Assembly: GCA_051251915.1 (NCBI GenBank)
Contig: JBPOGF010000010.1
Location: forward strand, 1-64,000
Direction of reading: 5' to 3'
DNA: 64,000 nt
Source of the DNA: Akkermansiaceae bacterium
Lineage (GTDB): Bacteria > Verrucomicrobiota > Verrucomicrobiia > Verrucomicrobiales > Akkermansiaceae
Of the stretch, positions 30,211 to 40,700 are shown piece after piece. The translations under genes and the position numbers were made by a program. The notes beneath the pieces are model-generated. The model was not told the origin of the DNA and made no database searches. It worked only from the letters and a program-made list of their open reading frames with translations. The first letter of the stretch is position 1. Each line of letters opens with the position of its first letter.

Positions 30211-31459
30211 GGGGGGTGAGGGTTTGTAGGTCTGGTGCTGGGCAGGTGATGGTGAAGGTGGTTTCTATGCCGGGGGTGGAGGATACTGTGATGGTTCCGC
30301 CGTGGGCTTCGATGGCGTGTTTGACGATGGAGAGGCCTAGGCCGGTGCCTTTGACTTCGTTTTGGGAGTGGTGTTTTTGGACGCGGTAGAAGCGGTTGAA
30401 GATGTAGGGGAGGTGGGCGGCGGGGATGCCTTTGCCGTTGTCTGTGATGTTGAGGGTGAGTTCTTGGTTGGCTGGGCAGATGGTGGCTGAGACTCGGATG
30501 TGGAGGGGGGTGTCTGCGTTTTGTTTGAGGGCGTTTTCGATGATGTTGAAGAGGGCTTGTTCCCAGTAGAATGAGTCACCGGTGAGCTGGATGGTGTCTG
30601 GGGTGTAGGTGGTTTTGATGGTGGCGTTTTGTTTTTGGAAGACTGGGGTGAGTCTGTCGATGACGGTGGTGATGGTGTCGTTGAGCAGGAAGGGGTCGTG
30701 GTTAAGCTGGGCGCCGTCGCTAGATTCTAGCTTGGAGATGATGAGCATTTCCTCGATGAGGAGTGCTATCCGTTCACTGTGCTTGCGCATGATGGTGAGG
30801 ATGCGGCGGGAGGTGGCGGGGCTGTCTACTACGTCATCATCGATGAGGTTTTCTAGGTAGCCGCTGATGATGGCGAGTGGGGTGCGGAGCTCGTGTGAGG
30901 CGTTGGCTACGAACTCGCGTTTGACTTGGTCTGTGCGGTGCTCTGCGGTGACATTTCTGAGGATGATGCGGTGGAGGGGGGCTGGGTCAGTGGGGTCACT
31001 GGAGGGGAGAGGGGCGTAGTCGATGATCCATGCGGAGTCTTCGATGGAGTTTTTCTGACCGAAGCTGGAGTTGTTGAGAATGATTTTGGTTTTAGTCGGC
31101 TCGTTGTTGCGCATGGCATCCTTGATGAGCTCGCAGATTTCATTTTCTTGGAAGGCTGAGGCGATCGATTTTCCACGGAGTTTTTGTCCTTTGGAGAGTT
31201 TGATGGCGGATTCGTTTGCGACTTGGATGGTGCCGGCTTCGCTGGTGATGACTAGGGCGTCATCGAAGGCATTGAGGAGGAGTCTGAGTTCTCGTCGCTC
31301 GGCTTTAGTCTTGGCGAGGACTGCTTTGTGTTCTTTTCTGTGGGAGGCGTATGCTGTCTGGGCTTTGTTGTTCTGGGCTGTGAGGAGCCGCCATAGAATC
31401 ATGCTGCAGATGAGTGAGCCAGCTGTGATGAGTAGGAGGGTGACGGTGATGGCGGGCAT
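30194..31459 (-). CDS. phoR: Phosphate regulon sensor kinase
   Basis: N-terminal TM, PAS-like region, FVANASHELRTPL, IFNRFYRV and GTGLGLSIVKH motifs; Pho locus context. Confidence 0.9.
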   Translation of the reverse strand: MPAITVTLLLITAGSLICSMILWRLLTAQNNKAQTAYASHRKEHKAVLAKTKAERRELRLLLNAFDDALVITSEAGTIQVANESAIKLSKGQKLRGKSIASAFQENEICELIKDAMRNNEPTKTKIILNNSSFGQKNSIEDSAWIIDYAPLPSSDPTDPAPLHRIILRNVTAEHRTDQVKREFVANASHELRTPLAIISGYLENLIDDDVVDSPATSRRILTIMRKHSERIALLIEEMLIISKLESSDGAQLNHDPFLLNDTITTVIDRLTPVFQKQNATIKTTYTPDTIQLTGDSFYWEQALFNIIENALKQNADTPLHIRVSATICPANQELTLNITDNGKGIPAAHLPYIFNRFYRVQKHHSQNEVKGTGLGLSIVKHAIEAHGGTITVSSTPGIETTFTITCPAPDLQTLTPPLAEG

Positions 31460-31461
31460 GT

Positions 31462-32139
31462 TTATTGAGAAACGATTTGGTATCCTACGCCACGGACGGT
31501 CTGGATGAGGTCAGAATGGGTGCCTATTTTCTGACGGAGGCGTTTCATGTGGGTGTCTAGGGTGCGGGAATTGACGTCATCATGATAGCCCCAGACTTCT
31601 TTGAGTAGATTGTATCTGTCTTGGGGGGCATTGACTCGCTCGCAGAGGTAGAGCATGAGTTTGAATTCAGTGGCGGTGAGGTCAATGAGTTCATTGTCAG
31701 CGAAGAGCTGGAGGGTGCTTTTGTTGAATCTGAAGGGTGGGCTCTCGAAGAGTGATCCGCTGCTGCTTTTGGTGTGGCGCTTGAGAATGGCTTTGATGCG
31801 GAGGATGAGTTCCTTGGGGCTGAAGGGCTTGGTGAGGTAGTCATCTGCGCCGATTTCTAGGCCGGCGATGCGGTCTTCTGTTTGGGCCTTGGCGGTGAGG
31901 ATGAGGACTGGGGTGTTCCTAGTGCGTTCGTCATTTTTGAGCTCTTTGAAGACTGTGAAGCCATCTTTTTTTGGGAGCATCAGGTCTAGAATGATGAGGT
32001 CTGGGTGGATCTGGTAAGCTTTGTCTATGCCAGCCTGTCCATCGTGTGCTTGCTCGGGAATGAATTGATTTCGCTCTAGGTTAAAACTGATGAGTTCTGC
32101 GATATCGATTTCGTCTTCTATGATGAGGATGGTTTGCAT
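31462..32139 (-). CDS. phoB: OmpR/PhoB family response regulator
   Basis: REC plus winged helix (RTLDTHMKRLRQK, TVRGVGY); adjacent to phoR. Confidence 0.88.
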   Translation of the reverse strand: MQTILIIEDEIDIAELISFNLERNQFIPEQAHDGQAGIDKAYQIHPDLIILDLMLPKKDGFTVFKELKNDERTRNTPVLILTAKAQTEDRIAGLEIGADDYLTKPFSPKELILRIKAILKRHTKSSSGSLFESPPFRFNKSTLQLFADNELIDLTATEFKLMLYLCERVNAPQDRYNLLKEVWGYHDDVNSRTLDTHMKRLRQKIGTHSDLIQTVRGVGYQIVSQ

Positions 32140-32187
32140 GTGGGGTCAATTCTAGCGAGAACCTGCGATGTTACGTCTCAATTTATG

Positions 32188-32204
32188 GTGACAATTCAGT
32201 CACA
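32188..32204 (-). promoter_or_regulatory. Pho-box-like site upstream of phoB
   Basis: TGTGAC-TGAAT-TGTCAC on the minus strand. Confidence 0.65.
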
Positions 32205-32208
32205 TGGG

Positions 32209-32240
32209 TCGAGACCAGTGAATGCGGGTACTGGTCTCGG
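32209..32240. terminator. Hairpin between nptA and phoB
   Basis: CGAGACCAGT / ACTGGTCTCG stem; no clear U tail. Confidence 0.5.
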
Positions 32241-32267
32241 TCTAGGTGGTATTTCTGTATGAAATGC

Positions 32268-34016
32268 TTAGTCAGCGATTTCAGTGGATGTGAGAACGAT
32301 GTGGGTGAGTTGGTTAGCAATTCCACGAAGTTCGTTGTTGGTGTTGATGTTGATCATTTCGAGTTTCACTTTGCCTTCTTTCATGCGTTTCATGGCGGCT
32401 TTATTGAAGGTGTTTCTCATGTCCGCTGACTTGGTGTCAAAGGCTGTGGTGATGGCTTTGTCTGACTCCTTGAGCATGTTGGTGTGGGCGTATGCTAGGA
32501 ATTCTCCGATGTGTGTGGTGAAGAGCTTATGGTTGGCGAGTTGCTCTGGGCTGAATTGTCTGCCGGCGGTGTATTTGCGTTCGGCTAGTTTGACTAGGCG
32601 GTAGATGGCATCTGAGCATTCTTCTAGCTCGGCGGTGATGCGGAGCATTCCGGTGATCTTCTCTGCGTGTTCAGAACTGAGGTCGTGTGAGGTGCAGCGG
32701 ACTAGGTAGTTGGTGATGTCGTGCATCATTAAGTCCGCGTCATCTTCCATGGTTTTGAGCTTGCTGACGAGTGCGGACATGTCGGTCTCTGGGTGGTCGA
32801 AGACGTTGACGTAGCCGTCGAACATTTTGATACAATGTGATGAGAAGGTGTTTAGTGCGCTCTCGGCTTCTACGATGTTTAGCTCACCGAGGTCGACGAG
32901 GTTTTGTGAGATGTATTGGATGCGTGGGGCGTCTTCACCATCTGGCTTGTCTTTGACCCATTTGGTAACAAGGGAGGCGATTTGGTTAGTGAATGGGATG
33001 AGGAAGATGAGGTTAAGGAAGTTAAAGCAGGTGTGGAAGATGGCGACGGCGAAGGCGACCATGGTGAGGTCAGCTGCGACTGAGGCGCCGGCTTTCTCGG
33101 TTTTGATGTCGACCATCCACTGTGGGAAGAAGTCGAGAGATTTCCAGACGAGTAGGGTTAATGGGGCAATGAGAAGGACTGCCCAGATTGTTCCGATGGC
33201 ATTGAATAGGAAGTGGGCGCGGGCTGCGCGCTTGGCATTTACGTTTGCTGAGATGGATGCTAGCCATGCGGTGACTGTGGTTCCGATGTTCTCACCGAGG
33301 ACGATAGCGGCGGAGCTTTTGAATACGGTGTATGGGTCATCACCGAGCCATCCTTGGAGTGCGCAGGTGATGGTGATGGCCATGGCTGCTGAGGAGGACT
33401 GGACTACGAGGGTGAGGATGATGCCTGCGAGAAGGAAGAGAACGGTGTCAAAGTGCTGGAAGTGCTGGATCCAAGTGATGGTGTCTTGGATGGTCTGGAT
33501 GGCAGACATGTCGCCTTCCTTGAGCATGGTTTTGACGTCTGGGACGGCGTCTTTTAGGAGTGATAGGCCGAAGAAGAGGAGGCCGAAACCGATGAGTGTT
33601 TCACCGATGTGGCGCCAGCGGTCTTTGCCGGTGAAGAACATGGGGAGGCCGACACCGATCATGGGGAGGGCGACGGCTGAGACTTTAAATTTGCCGATGA
33701 GGGCGACGAGCCAGGCGGTGATGGTGGTGCCGATGTTGGCGCCCATGATGACGCCGATGGATTCGACGAGGGTGAGGAGGCCGGCGTTTACGAAACTGAC
33801 AACGAGAACGGTGGTGGCTGAGGAGGACTGAACTAGGCAGGTGGTGAAGAAACCGGTGAATGCTGCGCTGAAGCGGTTTTTCGTCATGGTGGCGAGTGCC
33901 TTCCGCATGCTGTCACCAGCTACTTTTTGGACTGCTTCTGACATGACTTTCATCCCGTAAAGGAAGACTCCGAGTGCACCTAAGATGCTAAGTATTTTTA
34001 CAATTGCTTCCCACAT
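32268..34016 (-). CDS. nptA: Na+/phosphate cotransporter with PhoU-like C-terminus
   Basis: Two QSSS repeats, GANIGTT and GENIGTT motifs. Confidence 0.92.
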   Translation of the reverse strand: MWEAIVKILSILGALGVFLYGMKVMSEAVQKVAGDSMRKALATMTKNRFSAAFTGFFTTCLVQSSSATTVLVVSFVNAGLLTLVESIGVIMGANIGTTITAWLVALIGKFKVSAVALPMIGVGLPMFFTGKDRWRHIGETLIGFGLLFFGLSLLKDAVPDVKTMLKEGDMSAIQTIQDTITWIQHFQHFDTVLFLLAGIILTLVVQSSSAAMAITITCALQGWLGDDPYTVFKSSAAIVLGENIGTTVTAWLASISANVNAKRAARAHFLFNAIGTIWAVLLIAPLTLLVWKSLDFFPQWMVDIKTEKAGASVAADLTMVAFAVAIFHTCFNFLNLIFLIPFTNQIASLVTKWVKDKPDGEDAPRIQYISQNLVDLGELNIVEAESALNTFSSHCIKMFDGYVNVFDHPETDMSALVSKLKTMEDDADLMMHDITNYLVRCTSHDLSSEHAEKITGMLRITAELEECSDAIYRLVKLAERKYTAGRQFSPEQLANHKLFTTHIGEFLAYAHTNMLKESDKAITTAFDTKSADMRNTFNKAAMKRMKEGKVKLEMININTNNELRGIANQLTHIVLTSTEIAD

Positions 34017-34087
34017 AGTGTTGATGATTGTTGTTAGTGGTTTGTTAGTTCAGGAAAGAAATGTCAAGGAGTATCAAGGTTTTAATT

Positions 34088-34104
34088 GTGACGATTTCGA
34101 CACA
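34088..34104 (-). promoter_or_regulatory. Pho-box-like site upstream of nptA
   Basis: TGTGTC-GAAAT-CGTCAC on the minus strand. Confidence 0.6.
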
Positions 34105-34244
34105 TTGTGTGTTTTATTAAGGTTTGAGAGCTGAACGAAAAATAGGTCAGGATAAAATTTATTTTAGCTTTCTTAAGTTTATTGAGGTTCGCTATGTAAT
34201 GGCTTCAGGTGGGGTGTTCTGTTTGGATGCTGTTGAGGGGGGGG

Positions 34245-34326
34245 CGTCCGAATATTTTGTTTGCGATTGCGGATGATATGGGTGCGGACTGCTAATTTTG
34301 ATCGGTTGGTGAAAGAGGGGGATTTT
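34245..34326 (+). pseudogene. Sulfatase N-terminal remnant
   Basis: Manual translation RPNILFAIADDMG, then a frameshift to RTANFDRLVKEG. Confidence 0.75.
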
Positions 34327-34418
34327 TCAGTTGCTGGATAAGAAAAAGGGGAAGATCTGGAATCTATGTTGCTAAAAGCGTAACGAATGATATTTTTTAG
34401 ATCTGAATTTGAATAACT

Positions 34419-35663
34419 ATGAAATATACTCGCTTTTTACTGCTGTGCTCAATCGCTGTCTTTGTCACGTGTTTACCTGTGTTTTCTGAGGAGGGGAAAC
34501 CGCTCAAAGAGCTTCTGGATAGCCGTGTGCTGCAGGCTCCGGAGATCCATCGGATGCCGGAGAAGGATGTGGGTGAGGTTCAGGCGATTTTCTATGATAC
34601 GCTGGATTTTAAAGGGAAGCCTACGCGTGCTTTTGCTTATGTGGGGGTTCCAAAAAGTGATAAGCCGGTGCCTGCGATGGTGTTGGTGCATGGTGGGGGC
34701 GGGACGGCGTTTGTTGAGTGGGTGAAGATCTGGAATGATAGGGGGTATGCGGCGATTTCTATGAGTTTAGAAGGGCATATGCCTGATCCTGAGGGGAAGG
34801 GAAAGTTACGGCATGAATTTAGTGGGCCGGAGCGGGTGGGGATGTTTGCTGATGTGGCTGCACCGTTGAAGGAGCAGTGGATGTATCATGCTGTTTCTGA
34901 TGTGATGCTGGCTCATTCGCTTCTGAGGTCTATGCCTGAGGTTGATAAAGATAGGATTGGGATGACGGGGATTTCTTGGGGTGGGGTGTTGAGTAGTTTA
35001 ATTTCAGGGGTGGATGATCGGTTTCAGTGTGTGATGCCGGTGTATGGGGCGGGATTTCTTTATGATTCGAAGGGGCATTTTAAGGGGATGGGTGGGCCGA
35101 CTGCGGAGATGACGGAGAGGAAGAAGTTTTGGGATCCGGCAAGGCAATTTTCTACTGGTTCAATGCCTACTTTGTGGGTGAATGGTGATTCTGATGGGCA
35201 TTTTTCGGTGAATATTACATCGAGTAGTTTTGAGGCAACTAAGGATCATGCTTATATGGCGATTCATCCTGGGATGGCGCATGGGCATGGTGCGGGGTGG
35301 CGGGTTAGGGCTGTTCCGGAGATCTATGTTTTTGCGGATCAGGTGTTGAAGGGGGAGGGGCCTGGGTTGGGTAAGATTACGAAACAGCCGGTGGGGCGGG
35401 AGATTGAGGTTGTTTATGAATCTGAGTCGAAGGTTGTGGAGGGGACGGTTTATTTTTTGAAGGAGAAACTTACTTATAGGAAGGCGAATGATAAGGCCAA
35501 ACATGCGGGACCAGGGCGGTGGCTGACGGTGAAGGCTGAGGTCGATACGGAGGCTAAGACGGTGAGGGCGGCTTTGCCTGAGGGTGCTGTTACTTATTAT
35601 GTGAATTTGAAGGATGAGAGGGGATGTTTGATTTCTTCTGTGGTGGTGGAGCTTTCTGAGTAG
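34419..35663 (+). CDS. Secreted alpha/beta hydrolase (acetylxylan-esterase-like)
   Basis: Signal peptide, VHGGGG and GISWGG nucleophile motifs. Confidence 0.82.
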   Translation: MKYTRFLLLCSIAVFVTCLPVFSEEGKPLKELLDSRVLQAPEIHRMPEKDVGEVQAIFYDTLDFKGKPTRAFAYVGVPKSDKPVPAMVLVHGGGGTAFVEWVKIWNDRGYAAISMSLEGHMPDPEGKGKLRHEFSGPERVGMFADVAAPLKEQWMYHAVSDVMLAHSLLRSMPEVDKDRIGMTGISWGGVLSSLISGVDDRFQCVMPVYGAGFLYDSKGHFKGMGGPTAEMTERKKFWDPARQFSTGSMPTLWVNGDSDGHFSVNITSSSFEATKDHAYMAIHPGMAHGHGAGWRVRAVPEIYVFADQVLKGEGPGLGKITKQPVGREIEVVYESESKVVEGTVYFLKEKLTYRKANDKAKHAGPGRWLTVKAEVDTEAKTVRAALPEGAVTYYVNLKDERGCLISSVVVELSE

Positions 35664-35686
35664 AGGGTTTGTTAGAGAGTTTTAGT

Positions 35687-37078
35687 CTAACAGACTGAGT
35701 CGGAGAAGAATTTGGTGGGGTCTAGTTTTTGTTTTAGTTGTTGGAGTTTTTCGAGGCTGGTGGAGTAGTAGGCTTTGGCGGGGTTTGGGAGGTCTGGGTC
35801 TGGGTAGTTGGCGTAGTGGTGGGGGATGTGTGTGAGTAGGGTGCGGATGTGGTCTACTGCGGGCATGAGCTTGGCTTTGTGGGCGGGGGTTTGCCAGTAG
35901 GACTGGAGTTCTCCTAGGAATGGGTAGTGGCGGTGGGGGTATGCGGCGGAGATGTCTGGGGTGTTGATGGCGCCGCCGAGGGTGTTGATCTGGAAGAGGA
36001 TGCCGGGGTTGGAGATGGTGGCTTGCATGAGGTCGTGGGCGACGTTTTCTAGGTCTGCGAAGCCGTGGTAGTAGCCGGCGCTCATGTTTCTGAATGGTAG
36101 TGGGTTGGGGCGTCCTGAGTAGGTTTTTACTGCGGTGATGGTGGGCTTGGAGTAGACTCCACGGGTGGTGGTGCCGAGATTGAGGAGGGCGTTTTTGGCG
36201 CGTTGGAATGCGGGGCCGGTGTGTGGGTAGGTGGAGGAGATGATGATGGTGAGGTTGGAGCCGTTGAGGATGAAGCCGGAGAACATGGGGTTAGGGAGGG
36301 CTGCGGCGATCTGGAACCAGCCTTTGAGGAGGGCGACGGCGCGGGTGGGGGTAAGTTTTGTGGCGCGGAATTTCTGGGTGGTGAATTTTGGTGGGGCGGG
36401 GACGGTGGAGAATTTCATGGAGGTGATGACTCCGAGGTTGCCGTTGCCTCCGCCGCGGCATGCCCAGAGGAGGTCTGGGTCGTTGGCTGAATTTAAAACC
36501 TTACCTGTGGCGTCGACCATTTTGACTTGTTGGAGGTGGTCGCAGGTGAGGCCGTGCTGGCGGGCGAAGAATCCGTAGCCGCCGCCGAGGGTGAGGCCGC
36601 TGAGGCCGACGCCGGAGCATGAGCCGGCGGGGAGGAGTCTGTTGTTGGTGAGGAGGTAGTCGTAGATTTCTCCTAGTTTGAGTCCAGGGCCGGCGTGGAA
36701 GGTGTGATCTTTTGGGCGGTAGAATTTCTGGCGGATGGCGGAGACGTCGATGACGAGTCCGTTGTTGATGAGGGATGAGCCGGTGAAGGAATGGCCGCCG
36801 GATTTGATGGAGACTTTGAGGTTGTGTTGTCTGGCGTAGCGGATGGCTGTGGCTACGGATGCTTCATCGGTGCAGGCGGCGATGGCTGCGGGGGTGAAGG
36901 AGAGGTCTGAGTTGAAGGGGGTGTTGAGGCGTTGGTAGACGTCGGAGTCTGGTTGGTAGATGATGAGGGAGTCATCGATCTGCTGACCTTTTAGGATGGT
37001 GGAGAAGCTGGTGCCGAGAGCGGTGGTGATGAAGGCTCTGCGGGAGAAGGGAGGGAGTGATGGGTGACGGTGTGGCAT
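35687..37078 (-). CDS. Tat-exported FAD-linked oxidase (berberine-bridge/VAO family)
   Basis: SRRAFI Tat motif, KSGGHS, GSCSGVG, GGGYG, RGGGNGNLG, YANYPD and LKQKLDP motifs. Confidence 0.88.
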   Translation of the reverse strand: MPHRHPSLPPFSRRAFITTALGTSFSTILKGQQIDDSLIIYQPDSDVYQRLNTPFNSDLSFTPAAIAACTDEASVATAIRYARQHNLKVSIKSGGHSFTGSSLINNGLVIDVSAIRQKFYRPKDHTFHAGPGLKLGEIYDYLLTNNRLLPAGSCSGVGLSGLTLGGGYGFFARQHGLTCDHLQQVKMVDATGKVLNSANDPDLLWACRGGGNGNLGVITSMKFSTVPAPPKFTTQKFRATKLTPTRAVALLKGWFQIAAALPNPMFSGFILNGSNLTIIISSTYPHTGPAFQRAKNALLNLGTTTRGVYSKPTITAVKTYSGRPNPLPFRNMSAGYYHGFADLENVAHDLMQATISNPGILFQINTLGGAINTPDISAAYPHRHYPFLGELQSYWQTPAHKAKLMPAVDHIRTLLTHIPHHYANYPDPDLPNPAKAYYSTSLEKLQQLKQKLDPTKFFSDSVC

Positions 37079-37115
37079 TTAATGGATACGCCTGATATCT
37101 AAAAGATGTGTCAAT

Positions 37116-37625
37116 TTAATACAATGTTTTGCGGACGGTAGGGACTTCTACGGTGGTTTTTTCTAGGTCTTCTTCCATGGACTCGAAGTCACCTTCTTCA
37201 CAGCAGCGGACGAAGCCTTCGCCGTAGCCTTTGAGCTTGTCCCAGCTGTGGCGGATGTCTTCTGCTTCGTTGTTGGTGATGGAGTTGTCTTGGGCGGCAA
37301 GTGAGATGCGCATGAGGAGGGCGGCGAACTGGGCGACGATTTCGTTGGTGGCGGGGAGGACTTGGAAGCCTTCTTCGCAGTGGCTGACGGGGTTTCTGAC
37401 GAAGTAGCCATCTGAGTGTTCGCATATGTATTCTAGGATGCGGTAGTCGCCTGTGAGCTTGAAGAGCTCGATGACGCGGTCGAGTGGATTTCTGCTTCCT
37501 GATCCTGTGTCTGACTGTTCTTGCGCCCATTTATAGACGAGTGAGAGTGAGACTCCGAGTTCTGAGGCGACTTCCTTGGGGGATGACTTTTCGAATGCAG
37601 TTTTTAACACTTCATGGGATTCCAT
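37116..37625 (-). CDS. HTH regulator, phage CII-like family
   Basis: KEVASELGVSLSLVYKW HTH, RNPLDR, helical C-terminus with D..I...EA..IR. Confidence 0.65.
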   Translation of the reverse strand: MESHEVLKTAFEKSSPKEVASELGVSLSLVYKWAQEQSDTGSGSRNPLDRVIELFKLTGDYRILEYICEHSDGYFVRNPVSHCEEGFQVLPATNEIVAQFAALLMRISLAAQDNSITNNEAEDIRHSWDKLKGYGEGFVRCCEEGDFESMEEDLEKTTVEVPTVRKTLY

Positions 37626-37720
37626 AAGGGCAAGGTAGGGAGATATGGGAGGGTTGGCAAGATGATTTGGATGGGTGTTGTTGGGGCGAGTTGTGTTATT
37701 TTTTAATTTGACTATTTTAT

Positions 37721-40700
37721 GTGAAAAACAGAGATGAATTCATGACTCAATCTAAGCAAAAACATGGCGTTTTCCTACCGCTGTTTATCTTGATCGGTAT
37801 GGTATTTTTATACGTGATATCTTCAATGGGTGGTGGGGGTTCTGGGGAATCTGAGGTGGCGTTGGTGTTGCAAGATGATGTAGCTAGTGTGAATGCTGAT
37901 GAGGAGGAGGTGAGGGCTGAAGTGGCGAGGAGAGTGGTGTTAGGTGGTGAGAGTGTTGATGGTGGGAGATTGGTTGGCGTTGATGCAACTGTCTTTAATA
38001 GAGTTGATAGTGATGGAGGTTTGCTGCCGATTGGTGTGGGTGGTGTGGTGGATGAGGCTATAGGTGTAGCTGTGGAGGGTGTAGTGGATGTGGTGAATGA
38101 GGGGAATACGAAGCTTAAGCGTGGCGTGAATAAGCGGTTGTTACTGGATGATGCGGAGGTGAGTGAGCGGCATGCTGACTGGGCGTCTGTTTCTAGTGAG
38201 GTTATCTTTAGGCGGAGTGCTAGGGAGGATTTTGGTGTGTTGACGATGGATGAGCATACTGTGTCTGCGATAGAGGTAAGTGTGGATTTGGAGGCGATGG
38301 AGAGTTTTCTTCTTTCAAGTGATGGGGTTATTAATTTACCTATTGAGGAGGGTAAGGATGCGATGGTGAGGGTGGATAGAGTGGTGACGCGTGGTGAGTA
38401 TACGAAGACGCTGATAGGTTCTGTTGAGGGTGAGGAGGGGAGTGATGTTTTGCTTGTTTTTCATGATGGTGCTGTGTCTGGATCTATTGTTTTTCATGAT
38501 GAGAATTTGCATTATCAGTTTGGTGCTGCGGGGAATGGTGATGTGGCTGTGAGGAGGTTAGATGTGCATAGCTTTGGTTGTGGCTGTGCTGGGTGTAGTC
38601 ATGGTGATAATTTGGTTGAAGATGGGGCGGTGTTAGAGGCTTTGGCTGAGTTAGATGATGCGGAGGCTGGGGTGGATGTGTTTGTAGATGAGGATGATGG
38701 GGAGATATTGGCGGCTCCTGCTGGGTATAATCCGTTTGATGTTGTGGTGGCTTATAGTGCTGAGGCGCGTCAGAGTGATGGCGGGACGGCGAATATAGAG
38801 GCGAGGATTGTTCAGTCTGTGGATAGGATGAATGTGGCGATGACTAATAGTGGTTCTGGGGTTTGGTATTGTTCGTTGTTAGCGATTATAGAGGAGCCGG
38901 ATAGTTCTTTTTCTGATTCGGACTATAGTGATATGGCTGATATGTTGGTTGATCTGAGGCAGGCTACGAATGGGGTTTTGGATGCTGTTGCTGAGTTAAA
39001 GGTTGAGTTAGGGGCTGATCATAGCACGTTTGTGTGTAATAACCCGATTAGTGGGACTGCGGGGATAGCTGGGCGTCCTGGGACTAGTTTGGTGGTGGCT
39101 AGGAGTTATATGAGTTCTACTCAGTTGGGGTTTTGTCATGAGATGGGGCATAGTTTGGGGTTACGGCATGCTTGGGGGGATACGGTTTCTGGGAGTAGCC
39201 AGACAGATTTACAGGCTAATCCTACGAATAAGAGTAACTATGGGTGGAGGTTTGATCCTCCGAATGGGGAGAAGGTAAGAACGATTATGGCTTATAATCT
39301 TGGTTGGACTAGTAGTAAGATTCCTTATTTCTCTAATCCTGATGTTTATTATAATGGTGTTGCTACGGGCGTTGTGGATGGATTTGATGCGACTGATACC
39401 AGTGGGACGCCTACGTATGATCAGCAGTTGGTGACGGATGGTGCTATTGGTGGATTAGGTGCTGGTTATGATGGTAGTAATGAGGATCTGGGGGCTAATA
39501 ATGGTGGGTATTTGAAGAATAATGCAGGGCTTTTGGCTAATAGGACGGTGCGTGAGTCATTGGCTGTGTTGGAGCCTGCGGCGGGGGTGAATCTGGAGGA
39601 GGGTGATGAGCAGACGATTTTTTGGTATGGTGGTGATCATAGTGATACTGTGCAGGTTGATTTGTATAAGGGTGGGGTGTTTCAGTTTACGATAGCGTCT
39701 GGTTTGTCTGGTGAGGAGCGGTGGTATGACTGGACGGTGCCGGATGTAGCTTATGGAGATGATTATGTGGTGAGGGTGACTCTGAGTGGTAGTTCATATG
39801 ATGATGGTGGTGAGTTTACGATAGGGGTAGCTCCGGCGGTTTTGCCTTATGCGGAGAGCTTTGAGAATGGGCGAGGGGTGTGGAGGAGTTCTGTGGATAG
39901 TGATTATGACTGGACGGTGAATAGTGGGGGGACGCCGACGGTTGCGGCTGGGCCGTCTGGGGCTTCTGAGGGGAGTTTTTATCTTTATTCTGAGGGGCAT
40001 GATTCGGGTGCTCCTTATAGTTCATCTGATGTGAAGGCGGTGTTTGATTTTAGTGGTGTGGGGAGTGCTGAGCTGACGTTTGATTACCATATGTATGGTT
40101 TGTATATTGATTATCTGACTTTGGATGTGTATGATGGTGTGAGTTGGGATTTGGATGTATGGCGACAGGATGGGCAGGCTCAGAGTGGTAGTGATGATGC
40201 GTGGAAGAGTGCGACGGTGGATCTGTCTGAGTATGCGGGGAATAGTGGTGTGACTTTGCGTTTCACGACGAAGCATAAGAGGTGGAATTCTGCTGATCCG
40301 GCGATTGATAATTTGGTATTGGATGAGATTCCTCTGACTGCGTTTGAGGTGTGGACTGCGGCTGAATTTACGGATTCTACGGAAGGGGCGGATGCGGGGG
40401 CTATGGGTGATCCGGATGGGGATGGGATGAGTAATGAGATGGAGTATTTGTTAGGTACTGATCCGTTGGTGGTGGATTCTGCGATTATTTCGATGTCTGT
40501 GGGTGCGGGTGTGATGACTTTTGATTATACGCGGCGGATGGTAGATGGTTATAGTATTTTTGCTGAGTGGTCTGGGGATCTGGCTTCTGATAGCTGGGGT
40601 GTGGAGGGGATAGTGGAGGTGGTGACTGGTGATGATGGTGAGGTGGAGACTGTGCGTGGGACTGTGCCTGTGGGGGAGGATGAGGATAGGAAGTTTATCC

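Noticed and set aside
32827..33831. 334-aa plus-strand ORF, and many similar antisense ORFs across the window
   Set aside because: They are shadows of well-supported genes on the opposite strand, favoured by the codon skew, and carry no motifs.
37116..37625. Prophage around the CII-like gene
   Set aside because: No integrase, structural, replication or lysis genes nearby.
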